Source: Candidatus Thermofontivivens primus
GTDB lineage: Bacteria; Sysuimicrobiota; Sysuimicrobiia; Sysuimicrobiales; Thermofontiviventaceae
DNA length: 64,000 bases
NCBI GenBank assembly: GCA_031458695.1
Contig: JAVKJW010000003.1
Span: 1-64,000, forward strand
Reading direction: 5' to 3'
Made by a program: the position numbers and the translations under genes. Shown here in pieces: positions 37,609 through 47,219 of the stretch. The notes under the pieces were generated by a model, which saw only the letters and a program-made list of their open reading frames with translations, had not been told where the DNA came from and made no database searches. How positions within the stretch are numbered: position 1 is the stretch's first letter; the number at the start of each line of letters is the position of its first letter.

Positions 37609-37835
37609 ATTGGACTTTATTCCCACTAATGGTGGGATAGGATTGGGAACAGAAGAGCCTCTTCCCCTTCGGCGGGTGGTTCGGACCCACCAATGGGGGA
37701 GAGGGGGCAACTCATCGAATCCTGCTGGGATGGTGAGAGGGCTGACAGAAGGTCAAGAGGCTTATGGAATAGAGGGATTCCTCTGGGGTGGAGAGAATTC
37801 TTTCTCTACTCCTTTGAGGTGGGGATGAAGAAACC

Positions 37836-38711
37836 ATGAATGTGGAGCAAGAGATCGAGGGATTGGCCAAGCGTCTCTTGGACACGCTCGAGAAGGGTGC
37901 CTACACGAAGATCCTCCGCGAGTCGTTCCATCCATTCGTCGACCTAGTCGAGCGAGCTCCTGAGGAGGTGCCCCGGGTAATCCGCTGGGCTTTGGATGCC
38001 CTCTCTCCCCCTGCTGCCGCCGCAATCTTGGAATTGACGGAGCTTACTTTGGATTTTTCCCTGGGTGTGTGGCTCCCGAAGGCGGGCATCGTGACCGATG
38101 CTATGACGGCAACCCTTCTTGGAATGATCCTCACGGGCGGTGGAAGAGACCTCGAAGGTGTCTCGGAACGCTTTGATGCCGCACCCCTCGTGCGGCCACT
38201 CCGCTATGGATTCGGGATCCCTAAAGGCATTCATACCGCCATAGAAGGTGTCTTTCTCAATCCCTTGATCTTCGACGCCATCAACCTCGTGCACTTCCTC
38301 AGGCATCGCAGGTATGTCGCCGAGTCGATTCCCGAGATCCCTTTCGTTGGTTCCATCGTGCCCTGGGATGGATGGGCCCAGCTAGAGGCCTCTACCCAGA
38401 AGCCCGATAAGAGGTATCCTGGGAAGGGTTCACAGGACCAGCGGAAACGTCATGCCGCTCTAGGATGCGTGACAGTTACCCTCTTCGGACCAATAGACGT
38501 CTTGGAGGACATCTCAATCCAGATGTGTACAGACCGAGAACTCGAGGAATTGCGGAACCGGCTTTCCGCTGGCCTGGGTCTTACCTCAGAAGACTATTTG
38601 ATCCTGAATCCCTATCTGGAACGTCCCTCAGAGCTTCCGGTCGCCACGCAGAACCTCCTGAAGGAAGTTACTGAAACACTCCGGGAGGTTGCAGAGGAAG
38701 AGAACACGTAA
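37836..38711 (+). CDS. Hypothetical protein
   Basis: 291-aa ORF with plausible composition; no motif recognised. Confidence 0.7.
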   Translation: MNVEQEIEGLAKRLLDTLEKGAYTKILRESFHPFVDLVERAPEEVPRVIRWALDALSPPAAAAILELTELTLDFSLGVWLPKAGIVTDAMTATLLGMILTGGGRDLEGVSERFDAAPLVRPLRYGFGIPKGIHTAIEGVFLNPLIFDAINLVHFLRHRRYVAESIPEIPFVGSIVPWDGWAQLEASTQKPDKRYPGKGSQDQRKRHAALGCVTVTLFGPIDVLEDISIQMCTDRELEELRNRLSAGLGLTSEDYLILNPYLERPSELPVATQNLLKEVTETLREVAEEENT

Positions 38712-38803
38712 ATCTGGCTCTTTCCCGCGATTCCCTCCTCACGACGGTTCTTACCTGAACCGGGAGAGAAGGGACTTCGAATGGAACTACGTCACAAGGG
38801 AGG

Positions 38804-39637
38804 TTGGGGTTGCACCGCTGGACCTTTTCAGCTACCGGGGAGAGTGAACTCGCTTGCCCGTATCGCTATGTGAGGACACACCTCCAAGAGGAATATATTC
38901 TGGCGCCCTTTGCGGCGAGCTGGGTCGGACAAAAGGTCCATGAGAGGATTGCCCGGAGTCTGCGGTATAGCCTGCCGGTCGACGAAAGGCCATTCTGGTT
39001 GCCCCCGAAGCTTGTGCTTCAAGAGGGAGAGAACCTTCAAGAACTTGTTCGGAGAGCGGAGTTGGGGCTGCAACGGTTTGAACGGGAGATCCGGCCTTCG
39101 CTGCTCGGCAAATCCCTGTCGATCGAAGAACGATTTGTCTGGGACTTCTGGCTAGAAGGCCGCCCTGTCCGTCTTGTGGGGAAAATGGACGTAGTGGTGA
39201 CAGGCGCGGAGGTGGACGAGATCCTCGACTGGAAGACGGGAGATGTTGCGGGGAGTCAAGATCAACTCCGCTACTATCTCGTTCTCTACCATCGCTCCAC
39301 AGGGAAGGTGGCGCAGAGGGCGCGAGCGATCGGACTCGAGACTGGGGACACACTGGAAGAATCCTGGCACGAGGAGCTAGAAGAATGGGCTATGACACGC
39401 GTGGCAACGATGGTAGAATTGAAGCTACGTACCCTGGAGAAACCGGACCAGCGGGAACCTGGCCCTCAGTGTCGTTTCTGTCCCTTCGCCAGCACGTGCC
39501 CGGCCAGTGTGGCCTCTTCAAGGTACCTTGTCGATACGAGAACTGGCCAGATCTCGCCACTCCGGGACGAAGTAGAGTGGCAGGAGCTATCCTCCCGTCC
39601 AGATTCTCTCGGGGTCGAAACTCCGGATGACTTCTAA
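38804..39637 (+). CDS. PD-(D/E)XK nuclease, Cas4/AddB-like with Fe-S staple
   Basis: ACPYRY, GQKVHE, GKMDVV, ILDWKTG, QLRYY, CRFCPFASTC; GGAGG RBS before TTG. Confidence 0.88.
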   Translation: MGLHRWTFSATGESELACPYRYVRTHLQEEYILAPFAASWVGQKVHERIARSLRYSLPVDERPFWLPPKLVLQEGENLQELVRRAELGLQRFEREIRPSLLGKSLSIEERFVWDFWLEGRPVRLVGKMDVVVTGAEVDEILDWKTGDVAGSQDQLRYYLVLYHRSTGKVAQRARAIGLETGDTLEESWHEELEEWAMTRVATMVELKLRTLEKPDQREPGPQCRFCPFASTCPASVASSRYLVDTRTGQISPLRDEVEWQELSSRPDSLGVETPDDF

Positions 39638-40348
39638 CTCCTCCGGAGTGGGGGGTTGAGTCTCGCGGATCTTTGATGTGGTTCGAAGAGGCCAGCCGGT
39701 TTCTGCAAGCACCATTTCCAGGTCCACTCCAGGGTGAATAGTATCCAGAACCATCTCCCGAGACTCTGGATCGAAGGTTAGAGTTGCTAGGGTTGTGATG
39801 ACCCTTGTGGGTCCTCCGCCCCGGAGGCCCACGCGTTCCCGCCAGTTTCCTCCTTCTCCGTATCCCGGCGAGGTCAGATAGGTAACTCGCTCTGGGAGAC
39901 GACGCCGCTCGTGGGGGATCATGACCACATAGCGGCGGCTCAGAGATGCGATATCACAGGCGCCCCCGCTCCCTGGGAGACGGATCCTTCCTCCATTCGC
40001 CCACGTGCTGTTGAGATTCCCAAACCGGTCAACTTCCGCGGCTCCGAGGAACCCTAGATCAACACGGCCTTGCTGGAGGATCCCCATCACATCGAGCAGG
40101 GTGGTGCAGGAAACAGCCATGGCGATGTTCGGCGGGTCGCTCATGGTGATGATCGGGCCAAGGGGAGGGGTGTCACGGATGATCCCGTTCTCGAACAGTC
40201 CAATTGCCCTAGGCGCGTGAAGAGTCTTTGCCACGGCGAACGCTAAGAGAGGCAGACGCATACCGACGAAGACCACTTCTCCATCACGGATCTCGCGAGC
40301 GGCCGCGGCAACCATGAGTTCTCGCAGGGTGTATTCTTTCGTGCGCAT
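39587..40348 (-). CDS. Family I CoA-transferase beta subunit (GctB-like)
   Basis: VFVGMRLP, LFENG (catalytic Glu), GAAEVDRFGNLN, LPGSGGA. Confidence 0.92.
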   Translation of the reverse strand: MRTKEYTLRELMVAAAAREIRDGEVVFVGMRLPLLAFAVAKTLHAPRAIGLFENGIIRDTPPLGPIITMSDPPNIAMAVSCTTLLDVMGILQQGRVDLGFLGAAEVDRFGNLNSTWANGGRIRLPGSGGACDIASLSRRYVVMIPHERRRLPERVTYLTSPGYGEGGNWRERVGLRGGGPTRVITTLATLTFDPESREMVLDTIHPGVDLEMVLAETGWPLRTTSKIRETQPPTPEELEVIRSFDPERIWTGG

Positions 40349-40379
40349 GGTTTACGTACCCCGGCAAAAGTTTGTGGGC

Positions 40380-41294
40380 TTACCACCCATAGTCTACGGC
40401 TGGGGCGAGCTGCTTTGTCGGCCTCAGCATCCTGATACGATCCGCTCCCAGCCTAGAGAGATACTCCGCACGATCTTTCACTCCCAGTACCCACTCCTCT
40501 AGCCACCTCTCGAAGTTCTCCCGTGTACGGGAGCGCTCGTAATAGTCCATGTAGAATGCATGGTCGCGCCGCGAGTATCCTTGTACAGGGGAAGGGTGCG
40601 CTCCCCAAGGTTCCGGCACGACGGCATCCACGAGGAACCCAGGAACGATGGTGCGGTTCGGATCGCCCTTGATCACAGCGGAGTCCACGACTTCCTCACA
40701 GCTCACGATCACGCGCTTGGCTGCACGCACAGCCTCAAGGGTGATCCCCAAGTTCCCCCACAGGTGGGCGTTACCAGCGGCATCGGCACGCTGGACGTGG
40801 ATGATGGCTACATCGGGTTGGATAGCCCGGACAGCCACGAGCGGCTCACCGGTGAACGGGCATTGCACGAGGCGCAGGGAGGGGTTGCGGGCGAGGAGGT
40901 CTGTCCCCAGCGCTGTCTTTGCTGGCAGGTAAGGGACACCCCAGGCCGCAGCTTGAAGGCCGAGGGCGATGGTGAGGTTCGTGTGGTCTTCTACTTCCAG
41001 AGGGAGAGGGATGGACTGTTCCACGGCGCGACGGAAGTTGTATCCAGGGCCTCCGCCGACGTTCCCGATCCAAGCGACGATCACCTTGCGGACACATCCC
41101 GCACCGATCAGTTGGTCGAACAGACTGTCAGAGATGGGACCGATCAGCGTGAGGTTACGCTTCCCTTGGCGGATGATCTCATGGCCGGCGGCGAAGGGGA
41201 TACAGGACTCCAGCCCACACCCCATGACGATGGATGCTCCATCATGGACCCATCGGGAGATAGCTTCTGTCATGGTGAAGATCTTGGAGTCCAT
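40380..41294 (-). CDS. Family I CoA-transferase alpha subunit (GctA-like)
   Basis: IPFAAGHEIIRQ, PDVAIIHVQRAD, PWGAHPS; start at MDSKIFTM. Confidence 0.92.
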   Translation of the reverse strand: MDSKIFTMTEAISRWVHDGASIVMGCGLESCIPFAAGHEIIRQGKRNLTLIGPISDSLFDQLIGAGCVRKVIVAWIGNVGGGPGYNFRRAVEQSIPLPLEVEDHTNLTIALGLQAAAWGVPYLPAKTALGTDLLARNPSLRLVQCPFTGEPLVAVRAIQPDVAIIHVQRADAAGNAHLWGNLGITLEAVRAAKRVIVSCEEVVDSAVIKGDPNRTIVPGFLVDAVVPEPWGAHPSPVQGYSRRDHAFYMDYYERSRTRENFERWLEEWVLGVKDRAEYLSRLGADRIRMLRPTKQLAPAVDYGW

Positions 41295-41422
41295 AGATTT
41301 CCCCCACGCTGAAACTCTCTTCCCTCCGGAGAAGGGAATCACCCCACTCAGCCTAGCGGATTCTTCGGGGATTCCTCTCTTCCTGCTGTTGCCTGGGAGA
41401 AAGGATTTCCCAAGATGGGCGC

Positions 41423-41451
41423 TTGACCGGCCCATGGCCCGTTCATAGAAT
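41423..41451 (+). promoter_or_regulatory. sigma70-type promoter of the paaX-like gene
   Basis: TTGACC-N17-TAGAAT directly before the AAGGAGG RBS. Confidence 0.65.
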
Positions 41452-41462
41452 GAAGGAGGACG

Positions 41463-42374
41463 ATGAAGGCGCGCTCCATGCTCTTCACCATCTTTGGCGA
41501 CTCTGTTCGCTACTACGGCGGTGAGATCTCCACAGGTAGCCTCATCCGCTTGATGGGAGAGCTTGGGTTTTCCCCGGGAGCGGTGCGAGTTGCCCTGGCG
41601 CGGATGGCCCGGCAGGGGTGGGTAAAAGCTAGGAGGGAGGGGAGGCGGAGTTTTTACGCTCTCACCGAGCGTGGCCGGAAGCGCATTGAGTATGGGACGC
41701 ATAGGGTCTATAGCCTTCGCCATGGCCCGTGGGACGGTCTTTGGCGAATTCTCTCCTACTCCTTCCCAGAGGCTCGACGGGGAGAGCGTGACCGTCTCCG
41801 CCGGGAGCTCATTTGGCTTGGCATGGGCCCTCTGGCAAACGGTACATGGATCACCCCGCACAACCTTATCGACTACCTCAAAGAATTAGTGACGGCACAT
41901 GGGATTCAGGAGTACGTGATCCTGTTCACCGCTAAGTTCACCGGGCCCGGAGGGGATAAGGCGGTGGTGCAACGCTGTTGGAACCTCGAGAGGATTGCGC
42001 GGTGGCACCAAGCGTTCATAAGAACCTTCAAACCAAGGTTCTTGACCCTCCAGAGGCGGTTTGCCAGAGGGAATCCGCCTCCGGATAATTTCTGCTTCGT
42101 GGAGAAGGTCCGGCTGGTCCACGAGTACCGGAAATCCCTGTTCGTGGACCCGTGGCTTCCGGACGACCTGCTTCCAAAGGATTGGGTTGGGTACGAAGCG
42201 GCGAAGCTTTTCTTTGCGTATTATCAGCTCCTAGCGCCGCGTGCACGAGCGTTCTTTGAGAAGGTTTTTGAGCCTCCCCCAGGTTGGACACCTCCGAAGG
42301 CTCCTGTCGATCCCTTCCAGATTGAAGCGGCTACGCCGCAGCTTGCAGTCGCCTCCTTGGGCGATATGAGGTAG
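41463..42374 (+). CDS. paaX: PaaX-family aryl-CoA-responsive repressor
   Basis: RSMLFTIFGD, AVRVALARM, WDGLW, LVHEYRK..DPWLPDDLLPKDW. Confidence 0.9.
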   Translation: MKARSMLFTIFGDSVRYYGGEISTGSLIRLMGELGFSPGAVRVALARMARQGWVKARREGRRSFYALTERGRKRIEYGTHRVYSLRHGPWDGLWRILSYSFPEARRGERDRLRRELIWLGMGPLANGTWITPHNLIDYLKELVTAHGIQEYVILFTAKFTGPGGDKAVVQRCWNLERIARWHQAFIRTFKPRFLTLQRRFARGNPPPDNFCFVEKVRLVHEYRKSLFVDPWLPDDLLPKDWVGYEAAKLFFAYYQLLAPRARAFFEKVFEPPPGWTPPKAPVDPFQIEAATPQLAVASLGDMR

Positions 42375-42413
42375 AGGCCATTCTCGATTTTGAAGGTTTT
42401 AGAGGCTTCCCCC

Positions 42414-42487
42414 TTGACAGACTCTCCACAGTTTGATAGCCTGTCCTCAGAAAGTTCTCTTAAGAGAACTTTATTCGCTAGAGCGAA
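42414..42487 (+). promoter_or_regulatory. Promoter plus two operators upstream of the iclR-hcr-oah-dch-had genes
   Basis: TTGACA-N17-TAGCCT; perfect 22-bp palindrome AAAGTTCTCTTAAGAGAACTTT (42451-42472); TTCGCTAGAGCGAA (42474-42487). Confidence 0.7.
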
Positions 42488-42488
42488 C

Positions 42489-43346
42489 ATGCAGAAGGTC
42501 CGCCGCGTTCCTGCCGTTGACCGGGCGATCCAGTTGCTCAAGCTCTTGAAGGGCTCAGAGATGCGCCTCACGGAGCTCTGCCGGCGGACGGGTTTGCATA
42601 AGAGCACAGTCCACGGAATCCTCCATACTCTTGAGGCCCACGGATTTGTCTCTCGGAACCCCGCCACGAAGCGCTACCGCCTTTCGTACGGTCTCTTGGA
42701 GCTAGGGAACGCGGTGCTCGCGTGGATGGATCTGCGACGCATCGCCCGCGGGGCCATGGAGGAGCTCTGGAGGAAGACGGGAGAAACTGTTGTCCTCCAC
42801 TTGCTGGACCGCCAGGGAAGCCTTATTATTGACCGGGAGGAATCTCCCCACGAGCTGCGGGTTGCTGCGCCCATTGGGAAGCGCTTGCCTCCCTTTGCCG
42901 GCGCGGTGTATAAGGTGTTCCTTGCTGGCCTTCCTGATGAGGAGCTGGAACGCCTTCTCAAGAATACTCGCCTCCCTCGGTTCACTTCTCGTTCCATCAC
43001 CGATCCTCAAGCGTACCTAAGGGAAGTCCGGCGTGCGCGGAAGCTGGGCTACGCCCTCGATGACGAGGAATATCTTCCAGCAGTGCGCGCAGCTTCCGCA
43101 GCGATCTGCGATCCTGAGGGGACCCCCGTTGCTTCCCTTTCGGTCGTGGGCGTGAGCGTGCGTATGGACAACAAACGCCTGCGGGAGATCGGCGAACTCG
43201 TCCGGGAGGCTAGCCAGAAAGTCTCTGAGCTCCTCCGGATACAGGAGGGAGATGGAAGAAGCGAGGTTTCCTCGCCTCGGCGAGGTGCTGGGAAAAATGG
43301 GGATGCCAAGGCTCGTGCGCCTTCATGTGAACGGCCAGGTCCATGA
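42489..43346 (+). CDS. IclR-family transcriptional regulator
   Basis: VPAVDRAIQLL..LHKSTVHGIL, TGETV, GYALDDEE. Confidence 0.93.
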   Translation: MQKVRRVPAVDRAIQLLKLLKGSEMRLTELCRRTGLHKSTVHGILHTLEAHGFVSRNPATKRYRLSYGLLELGNAVLAWMDLRRIARGAMEELWRKTGETVVLHLLDRQGSLIIDREESPHELRVAAPIGKRLPPFAGAVYKVFLAGLPDEELERLLKNTRLPRFTSRSITDPQAYLREVRRARKLGYALDDEEYLPAVRAASAAICDPEGTPVASLSVVGVSVRMDNKRLREIGELVREASQKVSELLRIQEGDGRSEVSSPRRGAGKNGDAKARAPSCERPGP

Positions 43347-43770
43347 GGTCTTCACTCCTCCGCACAGGACCCTGCTCGAGCTGCTACGGGAGGATCTCGG
43401 CCTCACGGGCACAAAGCACGGGTGCGAGCTGGGGGAGTGCGGGGCTTGCACAGTTCTGGTTGATGGACGTCCCATATTGGCTTGTCTTGCCCTCGCGGTG
43501 GAGGTGGAAGGAGCAGAAATCCTCACGGTCGAGGGCTTGGGCCGCCCAGGGAACCTCCACCCCTTGCAGGAGGCGTTCATGGAGGTTGGGGCCTTGCAAT
43601 GCGGCTACTGCACTCCTGGATTCCTCCTCTCTGCAAAAGCCCTCCTGGACCAGAACCCGGCGCCAAGCCGCCAGGAAATTCATGAGGCCCTTTCAGGGAA
43701 CCTCTGCCGGTGTACAGGATATCTGAGGATCGTACAGGCCGTCGAGCGGGCGGCCGTGAAAGCGAGATGA
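43303..43770 (+). CDS. hcrC: 4-hydroxybenzoyl-CoA reductase gamma ([2Fe-2S]) subunit; start approximate
   Basis: GTKHGCELGECGACTV, QCGYCTPG, NLCRCTGY. Confidence 0.85.
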   Translation: MPRLVRLHVNGQVHEVFTPPHRTLLELLREDLGLTGTKHGCELGECGACTVLVDGRPILACLALAVEVEGAEILTVEGLGRPGNLHPLQEAFMEVGALQCGYCTPGFLLSAKALLDQNPAPSRQEIHEALSGNLCRCTGYLRIVQAVERAAVKAR

Positions 43771-46148
43771 AAGAGTTCACCTGGATTTCTAAGCCGTATC
43801 CCCGGGTGGATGCCGAGGCCAAGGTGACAGGGAGGGTGCGATATGCCGACGACCTTGTCCTCCCCGGCATGCTATTTTGTAAGCTTCTCCGTAGCCACCT
43901 CCCTCACGCGCGCATCCGACGGATTGACACAACGCGCGCCAGGAGCCTCCCAGGCGTTCTTGCGGTGCTCACAGGGAAGGATCTCCCTGCTCATAAGTTC
44001 GGGATCCTCCCCACCTCCCAGGACCAGGACGCTCTTTGCGTGGAGAAGGTCCGCTACGTAGGGGACCCTGTGGCTGCTGTGGCGGCTATAGATGAGTGGA
44101 CGGCCGAGCAGGCTGTGAGGTTGATTGAGGTGGAGTATGATCCCCTTCCTTCTTATATGACGATCGAGGATGCTCTTTTTAAGGAAGGGGAGCCAATCCA
44201 CGCACAGGGGAACGTCCACAAGGAGGTCTCCCTCGAGTTCGGGGATGTCGCGACAGGCTTCGAGGAAGCTGACTACATCCGGGAAGATATCTTCCTGTAC
44301 CACGGGAGCGCACATCTGCCCTTGGAAGAACACGCGGCCGTAGCCAGTTATGAGCCGGGGGACCTGCTCACCGTCTGGTCGAGCACTCAGGTGCCACACT
44401 ACCTTCATCGCACCCTGAGCAAGGTACTGGACCTGCCCATGAGCCGGATCCGGGTGATCGCGACCCCCGTGGGCGGAGGGTTCGGTGGGAAAAGCGACAT
44501 CTTCAACCATGAGATCGTGGTGGCTGCCCTGGCGATGATTACCGGAAGGCCGGTGAAGTGCACGCTGACAAGGGAAGAGGTCTTCTATACCCTTCGGCGC
44601 CATCCTACCTTGATGTGGGTGAGGACAGGGGTACGGGAAGACGGGACAATCACTGCGATGCACTTCCGGGCGATCCTGGAAGGAGGAGCTTACGGTAGCT
44701 ACGGGGTGGCCACGACTTACTACGTAGGGGCATTGCAGCCGATCACCTACAAAATCCCCAATTATCGGTTCGAAGGGATGCGGGTCTTCACAAACGCGCC
44801 GCCTGGAGGCCCCAAGCGCGGACACGGAACACCCCAACCTCGGTTCGCACTCGAGTGCCACCTCGACAAGATCGCAGAGGATCTCGGTATGGACCCCGTG
44901 GAGCTGCGGCGTCGGAACCTCGTCGCCCCCCACACGAAGACAGTGAATTGGCTCCGCATTACAAGCTGCGGCCTTGCAGAGTGCCTCAAGAAAGTCGTGG
45001 AGGCTTCACGGTTCCACGAGAAGCACCGGCGGTTACCCAGGGGAAGGGGCGTTGGGTTGGCCGTGAGCGGCTACCTGAGCGGGGCGGGGTTGCCCATCTA
45101 CTGGAACGACCTTCCCCACTCCCAGGTCCACCTTCAGGTGGACCGGAGTGGGAGTGTCACCCTTTCCTGCGGCGCCATCGACATCGGGCAGGGGTCGAAT
45201 TCGGTTCTGGTGTACACCGTCTGTGAGATCCTGGGGGTCTCTCCCGAGGATGTGCGACTCATCGTTGCGGATACTGCGATAACGCCCATCGACCTGGGGA
45301 GCTACTCGAGCAGGGTGACGTTTATGGCCGGGAATGCTGCGCTGCAAGCAGCACAGCGCATGCGGGACCTCATTGCTGCCGCTGTCGCGGAGAAACTAGG
45401 GGTCCCGGCGGAGTCCCTTATCTTCCAGGGGCGCCAGGTAAAGGTAGGAGGGGGTGAGGACCGAGCCCTCAGCTGGCGGGAGGCCTGTGAGGTAGCTGAG
45501 GCGCGCTACGGGCTGCTCTCTGCGACAGGTACCTATACCCCTCCTCGCTTAGCAGGTCCCTATAAGGGGTCAGGAGTTGGGCCATCTCCGGCGTACAGCT
45601 ACTCCGCTTGTGTAGCGGAAGTTCAAGTGGATGAAGAGACCGGGGTCGTCTCCGTGGAGAAGATCTGGATCGCCCATGACATCGGGCGGGCTCTCAATCC
45701 CCTCCTCGTCCTTGGCCAGGTGGAGGGGAGTGTCTATATGGGGCTTGGGGAAGCTCTTATGGAAGACCTGTCGGTGAGGCAAGGTGTGATAAGGGTTCCG
45801 TCGATGCTTGAGTACAAGAGCCCCACCGTCAAGGAGATGCCTGAGGTAGAGGCCTTCCTGATCGAAACCGTGGACCCCGAAGGCCCATTTGGAGCGAAGG
45901 AGTGCGGTCAGGGCCCGCTTTTGCCTGTTCCGCCGGCCATTGCCAACGCCATTTATGATGCTGTGAGAGTGCGCATCGATGAGGTCCCCATCACACCTGA
46001 GAAGGTATTGAAGGCCCTTGAACGGAGGAGAAAGGGAGAAGAGGGACGCTTCGGTCCAGGCGGGTTTCCCGCCATCCGGTTCAAAGAGCCGATCCGGGTT
46101 GCACCTCCTTCGCCCTCTTCGGCGGGGAGGGTGGAACCTCGCCCATGA
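43767..46148 (+). CDS. hcrA: 4-hydroxybenzoyl-CoA reductase alpha (Mo-MCD) subunit, xanthine oxidase family
   Basis: STQVPHY, GGGFGGK, KRGHG, DLGSYSSRVT, GAKE; C-A-B order next to benzoyl-CoA genes. Confidence 0.85.
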   Translation: MKEFTWISKPYPRVDAEAKVTGRVRYADDLVLPGMLFCKLLRSHLPHARIRRIDTTRARSLPGVLAVLTGKDLPAHKFGILPTSQDQDALCVEKVRYVGDPVAAVAAIDEWTAEQAVRLIEVEYDPLPSYMTIEDALFKEGEPIHAQGNVHKEVSLEFGDVATGFEEADYIREDIFLYHGSAHLPLEEHAAVASYEPGDLLTVWSSTQVPHYLHRTLSKVLDLPMSRIRVIATPVGGGFGGKSDIFNHEIVVAALAMITGRPVKCTLTREEVFYTLRRHPTLMWVRTGVREDGTITAMHFRAILEGGAYGSYGVATTYYVGALQPITYKIPNYRFEGMRVFTNAPPGGPKRGHGTPQPRFALECHLDKIAEDLGMDPVELRRRNLVAPHTKTVNWLRITSCGLAECLKKVVEASRFHEKHRRLPRGRGVGLAVSGYLSGAGLPIYWNDLPHSQVHLQVDRSGSVTLSCGAIDIGQGSNSVLVYTVCEILGVSPEDVRLIVADTAITPIDLGSYSSRVTFMAGNAALQAAQRMRDLIAAAVAEKLGVPAESLIFQGRQVKVGGGEDRALSWREACEVAEARYGLLSATGTYTPPRLAGPYKGSGVGPSPAYSYSACVAEVQVDEETGVVSVEKIWIAHDIGRALNPLLVLGQVEGSVYMGLGEALMEDLSVRQGVIRVPSMLEYKSPTVKEMPEVEAFLIETVDPEGPFGAKECGQGPLLPVPPAIANAIYDAVRVRIDEVPITPEKVLKALERRRKGEEGRFGPGGFPAIRFKEPIRVAPPSPSSAGRVEPRP

Positions 46149-46193
46149 GGGAAATCCGGGAGTGACGGATTTGATTCGACAAGGAGGAGTACG

Positions 46194-47174
46194 ATGCTGC
46201 GCCTTCCGCCATTCCAGTATGTGAGGCCAGGGACCCTTCATGAGGCGGTGGGGATCTTGGCCTCAGAGGGAGGGAAGGCTGTCCTCATGGCGGGTGGAAC
46301 AGATCTACTCCCTCGCATGAAGCATCGGGTTGCCGCGCTGGAGGTCGTGGTCGCGATCCGGGCGCTTCGTGAACTGAGGGGAATCTGGGGGGACCCGCGA
46401 CAAGGCTTGGTCATCGGTGCCGCCTCTACCTTGGCGGAGGTGTGCTCCCACCCCGCAATCCGCCAGGGATATGAGGTACTTTCGCTGGCAGCAGCGCAGG
46501 TAGCTACCCCGCAGATTCGGAACATGGGAACAATTGGCGGGAACTTGTGCCTGGATACGCGCTGCAGCTACTATGATATGCCTTACACCTGGCGCAAGGC
46601 CATGGGGTTCTGTCTGAAGAAGAATGGCGACACTTGTCTCGTTGCGCCAGGGAGCACACGGTGTTGGGCTGTCTCTTCCTCAGATCTGGCCCCAGTGCTC
46701 ATGGCGCTGGACGGGCGCGTCCGCCTCGTCGGACCCCGAGGGGAGCGCGTCGTTCCCGTTGAGGAACTTTACCGGGACGACGGGATCCGCTACCTCAACA
46801 AGGAACCCGCGGAGATTCTCACGGAGGTGCTCCTCCCTCCCCTCGATGGCTGGAAGGCCGCCTACTGGAAGGTCCGGAGGAGGGGATCTTTCGACTTTCC
46901 TGTTCTCAGCCTGGCCGTTGCTGTGCGCCAGGATGAAGGCGGGCACATTGCCGATGCGCGCCTCATCCTTGGAGCTGTCCGGAGCTCGCCGCTTCGAGTG
47001 CGTGAGGCTGAGGAAGCGCTGAGGGGGGAGAAGCTAGAGCCAGGTATCATGGAGGTCGTCTGCGAGCTCGCCTCTCGCGCTGCTAGACCTGTGGAGAACA
47101 CCGATTTCACGGTCCTGTGGCGCAAGCGCATGGTGAAAGTCTTCCTGAGGCGAGCGCTCGGCACATTCGCTTAA
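46194..47174 (+). CDS. hcrB: 4-hydroxybenzoyl-CoA reductase beta (FAD, [4Fe-4S]) subunit
   Basis: AGGTDL, RNMGTIGGN, Cys insert RCSYY..FCLKKNGDTC..RCWA typical of HcrB. Confidence 0.88.
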   Translation: MLRLPPFQYVRPGTLHEAVGILASEGGKAVLMAGGTDLLPRMKHRVAALEVVVAIRALRELRGIWGDPRQGLVIGAASTLAEVCSHPAIRQGYEVLSLAAAQVATPQIRNMGTIGGNLCLDTRCSYYDMPYTWRKAMGFCLKKNGDTCLVAPGSTRCWAVSSSDLAPVLMALDGRVRLVGPRGERVVPVEELYRDDGIRYLNKEPAEILTEVLLPPLDGWKAAYWKVRRRGSFDFPVLSLAVAVRQDEGGHIADARLILGAVRSSPLRVREAEEALRGEKLEPGIMEVVCELASRAARPVENTDFTVLWRKRMVKVFLRRALGTFA

Positions 47175-47219
47175 AACTCGATCTCGGCAAATGCATTTTG
47201 TCCTAAGAGGGGGGAGACC

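Noticed and set aside
37675..37693. T-arm-like hairpin as the missing 3' half of tRNA-Ala
   Set aside because: No anticodon 3' strand and no acceptor strand complementary to GGGGACG; the loop TTCGGAC is non-canonical.
38804..39637. Cas4-like gene as evidence of CRISPR-Cas
   Set aside because: No repeat-spacer array and no cas1/cas2 seen anywhere in the window.
40380..41861. Long N-terminal extensions in the ORF track (also 6719, 32373, 42390, 43710, 54602, 58464, 60248)
   Set aside because: They overlap neighbouring genes or promoters; internal starts fit RBS positions and family lengths better.
44575..44610. HcrA segment EEVFYTLRRHP seems one residue shorter than the usual H-R-G-R-H-P
   Set aside because: In-frame, and judged from memory only; damage cannot be claimed without an alignment.
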